A DNA stretch of 64,000 bases from a virus, in IMG/VR virus record IMGVR_UViG_3300045450_000145, positions 64,001 through 128,000 of that record, one strand, 5' to 3'. Positions 1 to 7,172 of this stretch are shown piece after piece. The notes under the pieces were generated by a model. The model had not been told where the DNA came from. It did not search any database and saw only the letters and a program-made list of their open reading frames with translations. The position numbers were made by a program, and so were the translations under genes. How positions within the stretch are numbered: the stretch's first letter is position 1; each line of letters opens with the position of its first letter.

Positions 1-40
1 CTCATATAGCGCGTCTTACCATGAGTATGATAAATCACCA

Positions 41-823
41 GTGCGTAGAATGTCTAATGTTGCATTCACAAACCCATTTAACAACACTATTACACCCACC
101 AGGGAAACTGCATATCAGTTAAATGACCCAGTTCAATTCTACATCATGCAGATTGATGGGGATAAGGAGCTTGCGCTCTATCGTGACTTGAAAGTACATG
201 AAACTCGCGAAACTATAAATGTTGAAATGAGCGTTGAAGAGGCACTCAAAATTATTGATTCAACACGGTTGCGACCGATTTCTTCAACCAATAGAAGTTA
301 CAGCACTACTTGGTTCAAAGCAAGTGAAAGCAAAAATTTAAAGCTTAAGTGGGCAGAAGTTCCCCTGTCAAAAGACGAATTTAACTTTGCTACTAAAAAC
401 AGGAGCTCATACAATAAACATATTGCCACTATTGCCAATCAGTTATCATTTTACGAGCTGAAGCATCCTATTGCGATCCTTATAAAGTTTAACGATAAGT
501 TGCTAAAGTTTGCCGAGGATGCAGGAAATGCCTCATACTACATTGATAGTCAAGACTCAAATTGCAGAAAAAATAAAGATTTATCTTTGACATCCCTTGT
601 AAGGCATACAGATAATCTAATAGTAGTGAACTCACCAGATCGGCTGTATAATTACGACCGCAGTTATTACATGTCTAATAGTGCGCAACTTGAGGTCGCG
701 ATTAAGGACGCTGAGAGGATGGAACTTGTAATGTTCCGTGAAGACACTGTAGAAAGTAGCATGGAGACATTGCAGCTGCTCTTTGATGAAGGTAGGCTCG
801 TGAAGCTCATTCCTCAGTGCTAA
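41..823 (+). CDS. hypothetical protein
   Basis: 260-aa ORF followed by a terminator hairpin; no recognisable motif; start (GTG) uncertain. Confidence 0.6.
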   Translation: MRRMSNVAFTNPFNNTITPTRETAYQLNDPVQFYIMQIDGDKELALYRDLKVHETRETINVEMSVEEALKIIDSTRLRPISSTNRSYSTTWFKASESKNLKLKWAEVPLSKDEFNFATKNRSSYNKHIATIANQLSFYELKHPIAILIKFNDKLLKFAEDAGNASYYIDSQDSNCRKNKDLSLTSLVRHTDNLIVVNSPDRLYNYDRSYYMSNSAQLEVAIKDAERMELVMFREDTVESSMETLQLLFDEGRLVKLIPQC

Positions 824-827
824 AAAT

Positions 828-851
828 AAAAGGTCCGTAAAGGACCTTTTT
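828..851 (+). terminator. intrinsic terminator
   Basis: AGGTCC-gtaaa-GGACCT stem flanked by A- and T-tracts right after the stop at 823. Confidence 0.8.
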
Positions 852-853
852 AG

Positions 854-882
854 TGTACAAAACTAGCAACACGCAGTATAAT
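854..882 (+). promoter_or_regulatory. sigma70-type early promoter
   Basis: TGTACA(854-859)-N17-TATAAT(877-882); same architecture recurs across the window. Confidence 0.75.
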
Positions 883-895
883 TACCATACCAAAT

Positions 896-915
896 ATTAT
901 TTAGCAACTAATGCT
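896..915 (-). repeat. copy of dispersed motif AGCATTAGWT-NNN-AAATAA
   Basis: minus strand reads AGCATTAGTTGCTAAATAAT. Confidence 0.7.
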
Positions 916-1019
916 TATAACTAACGAGTGAGAGTTTATCATGTAAATGTCTTATTCATCTTATTGATGTTTAGAATCGAACAAACTTTTAATCTTTAGG
1001 GAATGCATGAAAGAAAACA

Positions 1020-1511
1020 ATGGCAAACAAATTCCGGTTCTATTCCTTCGTCGCGGGTCTCTATCTCAGCCCTCTGCAATGCGGACTGCAAACAGCCCAC
1101 GCAGTCAGCGAAATGGTCAATGCGCTCTCGTCCGCCCCGGAGGTTGGCCGCGAACTTCGTGTCTTTGATGAATGGGCGCAGAAAGATAAGACCATCATTA
1201 TCTTGAATGCGCTGAATAACGAGGGTGTTTATACAGTTTACCATATGTTGAAGCCTTTTGCCATTGAAATGGGTCTGCCTTTAACTATCTTCCATGAGGA
1301 TGAACAGAGCATGAATAACATGGCAACTGCGACTGGAATTATCGTGCCGGAGAAATTTTACAACGTGAAATATACTCCTCGTAGGTTCTTTATTTTGGGT
1401 GAGCAATATACGTATGTAAATCCTGATGATCCAACAGACATTCAAGAATATCTTCAAGATAGCCCTGAATTTAAGTTCATTAAAATCTTGAAAGGCTACA
1501 AGCTAGTATGA
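1020..1511 (+). CDS. divergent peptidyl-tRNA hydrolase 2 (Pth2)-like protein
   Basis: SPLQCGLQTAHA, W..KTIIIL and HED..ATATG align by eye with the Pth2 motifs S.GK.AAQ.AHA, KIVV and D...T.T. Confidence 0.6.
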   Translation: MANKFRFYSFVAGLYLSPLQCGLQTAHAVSEMVNALSSAPEVGRELRVFDEWAQKDKTIIILNALNNEGVYTVYHMLKPFAIEMGLPLTIFHEDEQSMNNMATATGIIVPEKFYNVKYTPRRFFILGEQYTYVNPDDPTDIQEYLQDSPEFKFIKILKGYKLV

Positions 1512-1684
1512 CACACATCCTAATTGCTTTGTTTATTGCTAATAGCGGCGGTGGGTGGTCTGGTGGAGCCTCTTCTTTCAGCCAAGAATTTACAAGCAAA
1601 GAAAGGTGTGAAGCTGCTAGGGAGAACCTGAGAGAAGGTGCTAACAAGATTAATATCCTTTACCTTAAGTGCGAACCTAAGTAA
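1508..1684 (+). CDS. small secreted/membrane protein (58 aa, not in ORF track)
   Basis: ATGA overlap with upstream stop; MTHILIALFIA hydrophobic start; EFTSKERCEAA motif and a C-terminal Cys. Confidence 0.65.
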   Translation: MTHILIALFIANSGGGWSGGASSFSQEFTSKERCEAARENLREGANKINILYLKCEPK

Positions 1685-1688
1685 TTAA

Positions 1689-1718
1689 ATATAGAGTCCA
1701 TCGTGGCTCTATATTTTT
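1689..1718 (+). terminator. intrinsic terminator
   Basis: ATATAGAG/CTCTATAT stem followed by a T-tract. Confidence 0.6.
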
Positions 1719-1758
1719 GTTTATTATGAGTGGATAAAAATATAGAACTAGGAAATAT

Positions 1759-1935
1759 ATGAAACCTACTAAAAAGCCGATGTCCTTTGTAAAGAAGGTA
1801 TGGCTGTCTTTGCTTCTCTTTATACTATCCATATTACTGACAGTAATATTTTTAGTTATAGTTATTCAACATAAGGTTGATACACATGTAACTCCTCCGA
1901 TCATCGACTACGAAATTGCTTTTATGCCACGATAG
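1759..1935 (+). CDS. small single-TM membrane protein (58 aa, not in ORF track)
   Basis: GGA SD-like site; MKPTKK basic start followed by a hydrophobic helix. Confidence 0.55.
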   Translation: MKPTKKPMSFVKKVWLSLLLFILSILLTVIFLVIVIQHKVDTHVTPPIIDYEIAFMPR

Positions 1936-1993
1936 TATAAATACAATTGAGATGGATCACGCCATCTTATATTTCGATGACTTGAAAGGAAAG

Positions 1994-2296
1994 ATGATGA
2001 GAAAACTATTTCTAATTGGCGCATTAGCAGCTTCAGTTCTAGCAACTGGCTGTGCAGGCCTAGATTCCCGTGACCAGCGTATTCTATCTGGCGCAGCTAT
2101 TGGCGGCGTTGCAGGTAATGCACTTGGCGGTGGTGTAATCGGTACCGTTGGTGGTGCTGCTGTTGGTGGCTTAATCGGCAATGAAGTTGACCGTAATTCC
2201 CGCGACCGCGATGCGCGTCGCTACTACGATCGCAATGATCGCCGTTATTATAATGATCGCTACTACCAAGATAGACGCTACGACCGCCGCTACTAA
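1994..2296 (+). CDS. glycine-zipper 2TM lipoprotein (OsmB-like)
   Basis: lipobox LATGC; GAAIGGVAGNALGGG..GGAAVGGLIG zipper; AAGGA SD supports the start at 1994 rather than 1916. Confidence 0.8.
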   Translation: MMRKLFLIGALAASVLATGCAGLDSRDQRILSGAAIGGVAGNALGGGVIGTVGGAAVGGLIGNEVDRNSRDRDARRYYDRNDRRYYNDRYYQDRRYDRRY

Positions 2297-2299
2297 AAT

Positions 2300-2323
2300 A
2301 AAAGGGACCTAGTGTCCCTTTTT
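2300..2323. terminator. bidirectional intrinsic terminator
   Basis: AAAAGGGAC-ctagt-GTCCCTTTT between convergent genes. Confidence 0.8.
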
Positions 2324-2979
2324 CAATCATTGTGCTTAGATAGCTTAGATGGCAAATCTAAGATGCGAAGCACTTGGTCACAGAAGGCGGTGCCTAACTT
2401 TAAGCCGTAGTATTTTTCGCCAGTGATTAATATGTCCATGTAATCATTTTCAAGAATTTCGCTTAGGCCGGCAGCGTCATTGAACTGATGCGGCTTTAGC
2501 CCACTTATAATTTTCTTAGCCTCACTATATGACTTCTGGTATAGTCTTTCAATGTCGTAGAATGCATAATCACTTTTGCGCGCCTTGAAGACTGTGCCAG
2601 ACCAACCATTTGGCACGAAAATTATGTACACATTACCCCAATCTTTTGCAGTCTCCATGTCTGCAGAGCAGAATATGCTGTTTGTTCTACGGGCTTTTAT
2701 GTCTAAGTCCTTCATTGCTACTTCTGCCTTTTCATGTGATCCATAATTTAACTCGACTGGCTTTCTATCCTGCCTAATTGGCTTTTCTAAAAAGTCTGTT
2801 GTTGAGCCTGTGCTACCACGATATAAAACTTTAGATTGTTGTTCATAAGCATTTAGCATGATGCTGCATTCTGTCGCAATCATTTCTGCTACTTCACTTG
2901 CATGCTTTTCATCTACTAATGGATTATTTTCAGCCTTATCTTTAGGGTGACGTGTCTTAACTACTTCCTGTAATTTCAT
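2323..2979 (-). CDS. putative ADP-ribosyltransferase-fold late/virion protein
   Basis: LYRG and SIFCS motifs in ART order; MKLQE N-terminus; AGGA SD supports the start at 2979. Confidence 0.5.
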   Translation of the reverse strand: MKLQEVVKTRHPKDKAENNPLVDEKHASEVAEMIATECSIMLNAYEQQSKVLYRGSTGSTTDFLEKPIRQDRKPVELNYGSHEKAEVAMKDLDIKARRTNSIFCSADMETAKDWGNVYIIFVPNGWSGTVFKARKSDYAFYDIERLYQKSYSEAKKIISGLKPHQFNDAAGLSEILENDYMDILITGEKYYGLKLGTAFCDQVLRILDLPSKLSKHND

Positions 2980-3007
2980 TTTTATTCCTAATTTTAAAGT
3001 ATTGCTA

Positions 3008-3036
3008 TTTACATCCTGCATTGTCCTTGTTATAAT
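3008..3036 (+). promoter_or_regulatory. sigma70-type early promoter overlapping a divergent late-like box
   Basis: TTTACA(3008-13)-N17-TATAAT(3031-36); minus strand reads TGTAAATA at 3006-3013. Confidence 0.7.
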
Positions 3037-3065
3037 TCATCTATCAAATCAAACTAAGGTCAAAC

Positions 3066-3620
3066 ATGCTCAATCTTACCTTTGCAGAACTTCAAGCCAA
3101 GTACAACAAGCTGCAGCGCTTCCGCGTTAAGTCGAAGGACGTGAAGGCTGGCATGTATGTTCGCTTTGGCCAAAATCACCTGGGAGCTCTTCACTTTCAA
3201 GAATTGACCCTTATTGGCAAGACTTTTATTAACAAATCTAAGTACGTGAAGACGCGAGTCATCAAGCAAGTATTTCAAGGTTTCCGCGGTGATTCTATCA
3301 TTAACGAATATTATGTTAGCGATCTGTGCAATCATGCAGATTGCTACCGCTTTAATTTCAAAACTCAGCAATTCATGAATGAGCTTTATGAGCTCAACAA
3401 GGAAAAGGCTTACTGGGTATATTGTCTGCTTAACAATGAAATCCCCTCTGAAGAAGCCGAAGCAGAATATAACCTGAATGTGGAAGCTGATAACCGGTTT
3501 GAGGACATGATAGATGACCATTATCGTGATTCGCTTTACATGGATGAAGACGTTGAAGCAGCAGCTCCTGAGTCTGAGGATATCTATGCTGATGCGGGTG
3601 AGCCTGAACCGTGGCGTTAA
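3066..3620 (+). CDS. hypothetical early protein with acidic C-terminus
   Basis: 184-aa ORF; AAGG SD; directly downstream of a promoter. Confidence 0.75.
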   Translation: MLNLTFAELQAKYNKLQRFRVKSKDVKAGMYVRFGQNHLGALHFQELTLIGKTFINKSKYVKTRVIKQVFQGFRGDSIINEYYVSDLCNHADCYRFNFKTQQFMNELYELNKEKAYWVYCLLNNEIPSEEAEAEYNLNVEADNRFEDMIDDHYRDSLYMDEDVEAAAPESEDIYADAGEPEPWR

Positions 3621-3632
3621 AATGCAAGCCAG

Positions 3633-3661
3633 TTTACTTTCAGCATATTAGTAGTTATAAT
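3633..3661 (+). promoter_or_regulatory. sigma70-type promoter
   Basis: TTTACT-N17-TATAAT. Confidence 0.65.
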
Positions 3662-3681
3662 TAACTTTTAGTAAATTTTCT

Positions 3682-3864
3682 ATGACCTGTGACGAGCTCA
3701 AAGCTAAGCTGACCGAAGACCTTGAAATCTACACAGTGGTAGTAATGGCAAAGTTGGACTTGGAGAAGGGCAACTTTGAAAGCGCCATTAAGCGACTTAA
3801 GGTAGATGCGGACAAGATTCGCACACACGACATGGACCTTTATAATCTAATCATGAGCTACTAA
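3682..3864 (+). CDS. hypothetical protein
   Basis: 60-aa ORF downstream of a promoter, tiled with the next gene. Confidence 0.6.
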   Translation: MTCDELKAKLTEDLEIYTVVVMAKLDLEKGNFESAIKRLKVDADKIRTHDMDLYNLIMSY

Positions 3865-3865
3865 G

Positions 3866-4303
3866 ATGAATCCCATCAATGAATATGTAATTTTTACCTT
3901 AGTTGATGTTAAGCCATTTAAGACGACATATTACTATAAGGAAGGTGAATTAGTTGCAGTTGAAAAATATCCAAACAAACCTGGCTTTAAAGATGGTGTA
4001 GTAAGAGACTTGTTTGGCTACGTTAGAGAAGAAGTTTTTGATGATGTAGCATTTAAAAATGCCTTGAATGAAAAAAACGACGAGCAGATGGCTCTTTACG
4101 AGCAATTTAGGAAAGACATAATAAAGCATTTAGGCATTTCAAATTACAATAAATTTGACGAGCTGATGGATGAATTCATGGAAGTGGCGTTTGCTGCCAA
4201 TGACGTTAAATCACTCGGCTTCAATGTGAATGACACTATAAATGCTTTACAAGCAGGAGTTGCCTTTGCTGAGAAGTTAGCAAAGGCTCTAAAGTCTGTC
4301 TAA
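3866..4303 (+). CDS. hypothetical protein
   Basis: 145-aa ORF starting 1 nt after the previous stop. Confidence 0.7.
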   Translation: MNPINEYVIFTLVDVKPFKTTYYYKEGELVAVEKYPNKPGFKDGVVRDLFGYVREEVFDDVAFKNALNEKNDEQMALYEQFRKDIIKHLGISNYNKFDELMDEFMEVAFAANDVKSLGFNVNDTINALQAGVAFAEKLAKALKSV

Positions 4304-4420
4304 AAGCTCATGACTCGGCTTATCAGGTCGAGGCACGACTGTTCCTGCCAATATACATAGTAATGGAGTGTAACAATGTATAATGTTACAACTTAACATG
4401 GGCTGCGTGACGCTCCATAA

Positions 4421-4449
4421 TGTACAAACTTTCTAAAGCAGTTTATAAT
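4421..4449 (+). promoter_or_regulatory. sigma70-type promoter of topoisomerase large subunit
   Basis: TGTACA-N17-TATAAT. Confidence 0.75.
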
Positions 4450-4454
4450 TACCT

Positions 4455-6395
4455 ATGACCAAACATATCGAACAAACCTACCAAGTCCTCGACGAAATCG
4501 ACCACATCCGCAAACGGACTGGTATGTATGCGGGCAGCACCAGCATCCAGACCACCGACGAATGGGTCTACAATGTTGATACTAAAAAGATGGAACGGAA
4601 GACCCTCAGCGTTATTCCTGCATTCATTAAAATCTTCTCCGAAATCCTAGATAATGCAATCGACGAAAGTCGACGGGCACCTGATGTCTTGGATAGTATC
4701 CGCGTTGAAATTGGAGATGATGGCATCATCTCTGTTATTGACAATGGCCGAGGTATCCCTGTCGAAATTCATTCCCAAACTAATAAGTACATCGCTGAAA
4801 CTGTCTTCTCGAATCTGCGAGCAGGTAGCAACTTCAACGACGAAGATGACCAGATGCTGATTGGTACGAACGGTGTCGGTAGCACTCTTACTAACATCTT
4901 ATCTACTTCCTTTAAAATCGAGTCGTGCGACGGCAAGAAGCTCTTTAGGCAGGAGTTCTTCAAGGGCATGCGTGAGCGCACTGAGCCGAAAATCCGCGAT
5001 CACGACAAGAACCACACTCGTATCACATTCACACCTGACTACGAATTCTTTAAGCTGGCCGGATTGGATGTGGACCACAAGCTGCGCATGATCAAGAAGG
5101 TCGTCGATGCAGCTGCAACTAACCCAAAGGTGAAGTTCTACATCAATGGTGACCGCATCATGACTCGGTCCTTTGACGACTACATTGCTATGTATGCCGA
5201 TGAGTATGTGTATGATGACACCCCTGACTGGAAGGTTGGTGTTAGCAAGTCCGACGGCTTCGAGCAAATTAGCTTCGTTAACTCAGTCGAAACGTATCAA
5301 GGTGGTAACCACGTTACCTACGCAATCAATCAAATCGTTGATGAGCTCCGCGCCATCATTAAGAAGAAGCACAAGGTAGAAGTATCTCCTGGCGATATCC
5401 GCGGTCACATGCGCATCTACATCAGCGCGAATGTGAATCGTCCTCGCTTCTCCTCACAAACTAAAGAAAATATGATCTCGCCGGTTGGTGAGTGGAAGAC
5501 CTCGTGGACGGTAAGTGATAAGTTCATTCAGAAGCTGCTAAAAACTGAAATCATTCAGTCGATCTTGGACTGGGCAGAAGCAAAGGCAAATCAACAGCTT
5601 CAAGCTGATCTGCGTAAGGCAAACAAAGAGCAAGGCAAAGCTGATCCTCGCAAGGTGAATAAGTTCTCTGATGCGATGGAAAAAGTGCAACGCCACAAGT
5701 GCATCTTGTATCTTGCCGAAGGTGATAGCGCAGCAAAGTCCATTCAAGGTGGTCGTGGTAAGAACCCATACATTGCCTCCTTCCCTCTAAAGGGTAAACC
5801 CCTCAACGTTCGCGACAAGGACATTGCACGTGTTCTAGGATTAGATAAGAAGGATGACAAGAAGAAAGAGCCCAATGAAATCCAGAAGATTCTAACCATC
5901 ATTGGCTTGCAGATTGGAGTGCCTGTAAAATCCCTCGCTGAGCTTCGCTTCGGTGGGGTCGCTCTATCGACCGATGCTGACGTTGATGGCTTCCACATCG
6001 GTGGCCTCCTCCTCAACTTGTTTGAGAAGTACTGGCCAGAGTTACTCGAGATGGGCTTCGTGCACATTTTGCGGACTCCAGTAATTGTCGTATCACTGAA
6101 GGACAAGAGCAAAATCGAGTTCTTCACTGAGCTTGAGTTTAATATGTGGGAACAGAACGAAGGCACGAAGCTTAAGGGTTGGTCTAAGAACTACTACAAG
6201 GGTCTGTCGAAGTGGAAGACCGAGCAATTTGCACAGTTCCTATCTCAGCCTGAGAAGTACCTCTTCAAAATTACCATGGAAGACGAGGAAGATAGCGACG
6301 CGATCGATCTGGCTTTCAACGGTGAACGCGCAAACGACCGTAAAACCTGGCTCGAAACCCCAGCCGAAGACTTTGAACAATTTGTTGTGAGGTAA
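4455..6395 (+). CDS. gp39: type II DNA topoisomerase large (ATPase + TOPRIM) subunit, T4 gp39+gp60-like
   Basis: HIRKRTGMY, EILDNAIDE, DNGRGIP, GTNGVG (GHKL domain); EGDSA, PLKGKPLN, DADVDG, YYKGL (TOPRIM). Confidence 0.95.
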   Translation: MTKHIEQTYQVLDEIDHIRKRTGMYAGSTSIQTTDEWVYNVDTKKMERKTLSVIPAFIKIFSEILDNAIDESRRAPDVLDSIRVEIGDDGIISVIDNGRGIPVEIHSQTNKYIAETVFSNLRAGSNFNDEDDQMLIGTNGVGSTLTNILSTSFKIESCDGKKLFRQEFFKGMRERTEPKIRDHDKNHTRITFTPDYEFFKLAGLDVDHKLRMIKKVVDAAATNPKVKFYINGDRIMTRSFDDYIAMYADEYVYDDTPDWKVGVSKSDGFEQISFVNSVETYQGGNHVTYAINQIVDELRAIIKKKHKVEVSPGDIRGHMRIYISANVNRPRFSSQTKENMISPVGEWKTSWTVSDKFIQKLLKTEIIQSILDWAEAKANQQLQADLRKANKEQGKADPRKVNKFSDAMEKVQRHKCILYLAEGDSAAKSIQGGRGKNPYIASFPLKGKPLNVRDKDIARVLGLDKKDDKKKEPNEIQKILTIIGLQIGVPVKSLAELRFGGVALSTDADVDGFHIGGLLLNLFEKYWPELLEMGFVHILRTPVIVVSLKDKSKIEFFTELEFNMWEQNEGTKLKGWSKNYYKGLSKWKTEQFAQFLSQPEKYLFKITMEDEEDSDAIDLAFNGERANDRKTWLETPAEDFEQFVVR

Positions 6396-6400
6396 TATAC

Positions 6401-6655
6401 ATGCAAGATAACCAAAATAATCTATGGAAGAGCTTTGAGGTTAGCTTGCCTGTGGTGGAGTACAAGCCCATCATGTTCAAGGCACGCGATGAAGCGGACC
6501 TCAAGGCGCAAATTGCAAAGCGAGAGCAGGCGGTGAGAGACACTCAATTTAAGACGCAAATTAAGCGGGATAAAAAGGGTAATATCATCAGCCATGATCT
6601 TGGCCGCCCACACCAAAATGGCTATCATTGGACAGAGGAGATTAAAAATGGCTAA
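6401..6655 (+). CDS. hypothetical protein
   Basis: GAGG SD; tiled between the topoisomerase subunit genes. Confidence 0.6.
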   Translation: MQDNQNNLWKSFEVSLPVVEYKPIMFKARDEADLKAQIAKREQAVRDTQFKTQIKRDKKGNIISHDLGRPHQNGYHWTEEIKNG

Positions 6656-6908
6656 GATTGAAGACCTCGCCGACGCACAATACTTAATTTTGGAAAATGC
6701 TACCGCGGAGACAGATGACGGATATGGGGACGTATTTAAAGTCAATTACATCGATGTCACACCATGTAAAACGCAAACAGAAGTGACTGACTGGCTCAAG
6801 CGACATAATCCATATGGCAATAACAAAAACCTACGCATCTTCCAAGTAGCAGAGGTTTTTGTTGAGGTGAAAGTAGAAGTCTTTTTGAAGGGAGAAAAGC
6901 GTGCTTAA
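6648..6908 (+). CDS. hypothetical protein
   Basis: GAGGAG SD before ATG 6648 (MAKIEDL), in frame with ORF 6594-6908. Confidence 0.65.
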   Translation: MAKIEDLADAQYLILENATAETDDGYGDVFKVNYIDVTPCKTQTEVTDWLKRHNPYGNNKNLRIFQVAEVFVEVKVEVFLKGEKRA

Positions 6909-7137
6909 CATGATTCAACAATACAAGCGCGGGCGCGTCGCTTTTGAGTGCTACAAGGCGTGCTCTGATTATTCAATTAAGCTAGTAAGTGACTACTTTA
7001 ATAAGCACAAGTTGACTGACCTGGAGTCAGTGAATAAATTTAATCAAAGTCCAGAAGGTAAAAAGGCCACCTTCTGGGCTCGAGCTGCCCTGCGTTATGG
7101 ACGACTTGCCCGCGGTGGCAATCCATGGCGCAAATAA
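6901..7137 (+). CDS. hypothetical protein
   Basis: GGAG SD; GTG start overlapping the previous stop. Confidence 0.6.
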   Translation: MLNMIQQYKRGRVAFECYKACSDYSIKLVSDYFNKHKLTDLESVNKFNQSPEGKKATFWARAALRYGRLARGGNPWRK

Positions 7138-7138
7138 A

Positions 7139-7167
7139 TGTACATTAGTTTGAAAATAAAGTATAAT
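7139..7167 (+). promoter_or_regulatory. sigma70-type promoter of topoisomerase small subunit
   Basis: TGTACA-N17-TATAAT. Confidence 0.75.
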
Positions 7168-7172
7168 AACCT

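Noticed and set aside
4310-4345. Hammerhead ribozyme on the minus strand (CTGATAAG)
   Set aside because: It does not match the CUGANGA...GAAA core
5700-6395. T4 gene 60-type ribosomal bypass or split topoisomerase gene
   Set aside because: The large subunit is one uninterrupted ORF covering the ATPase and TOPRIM domains
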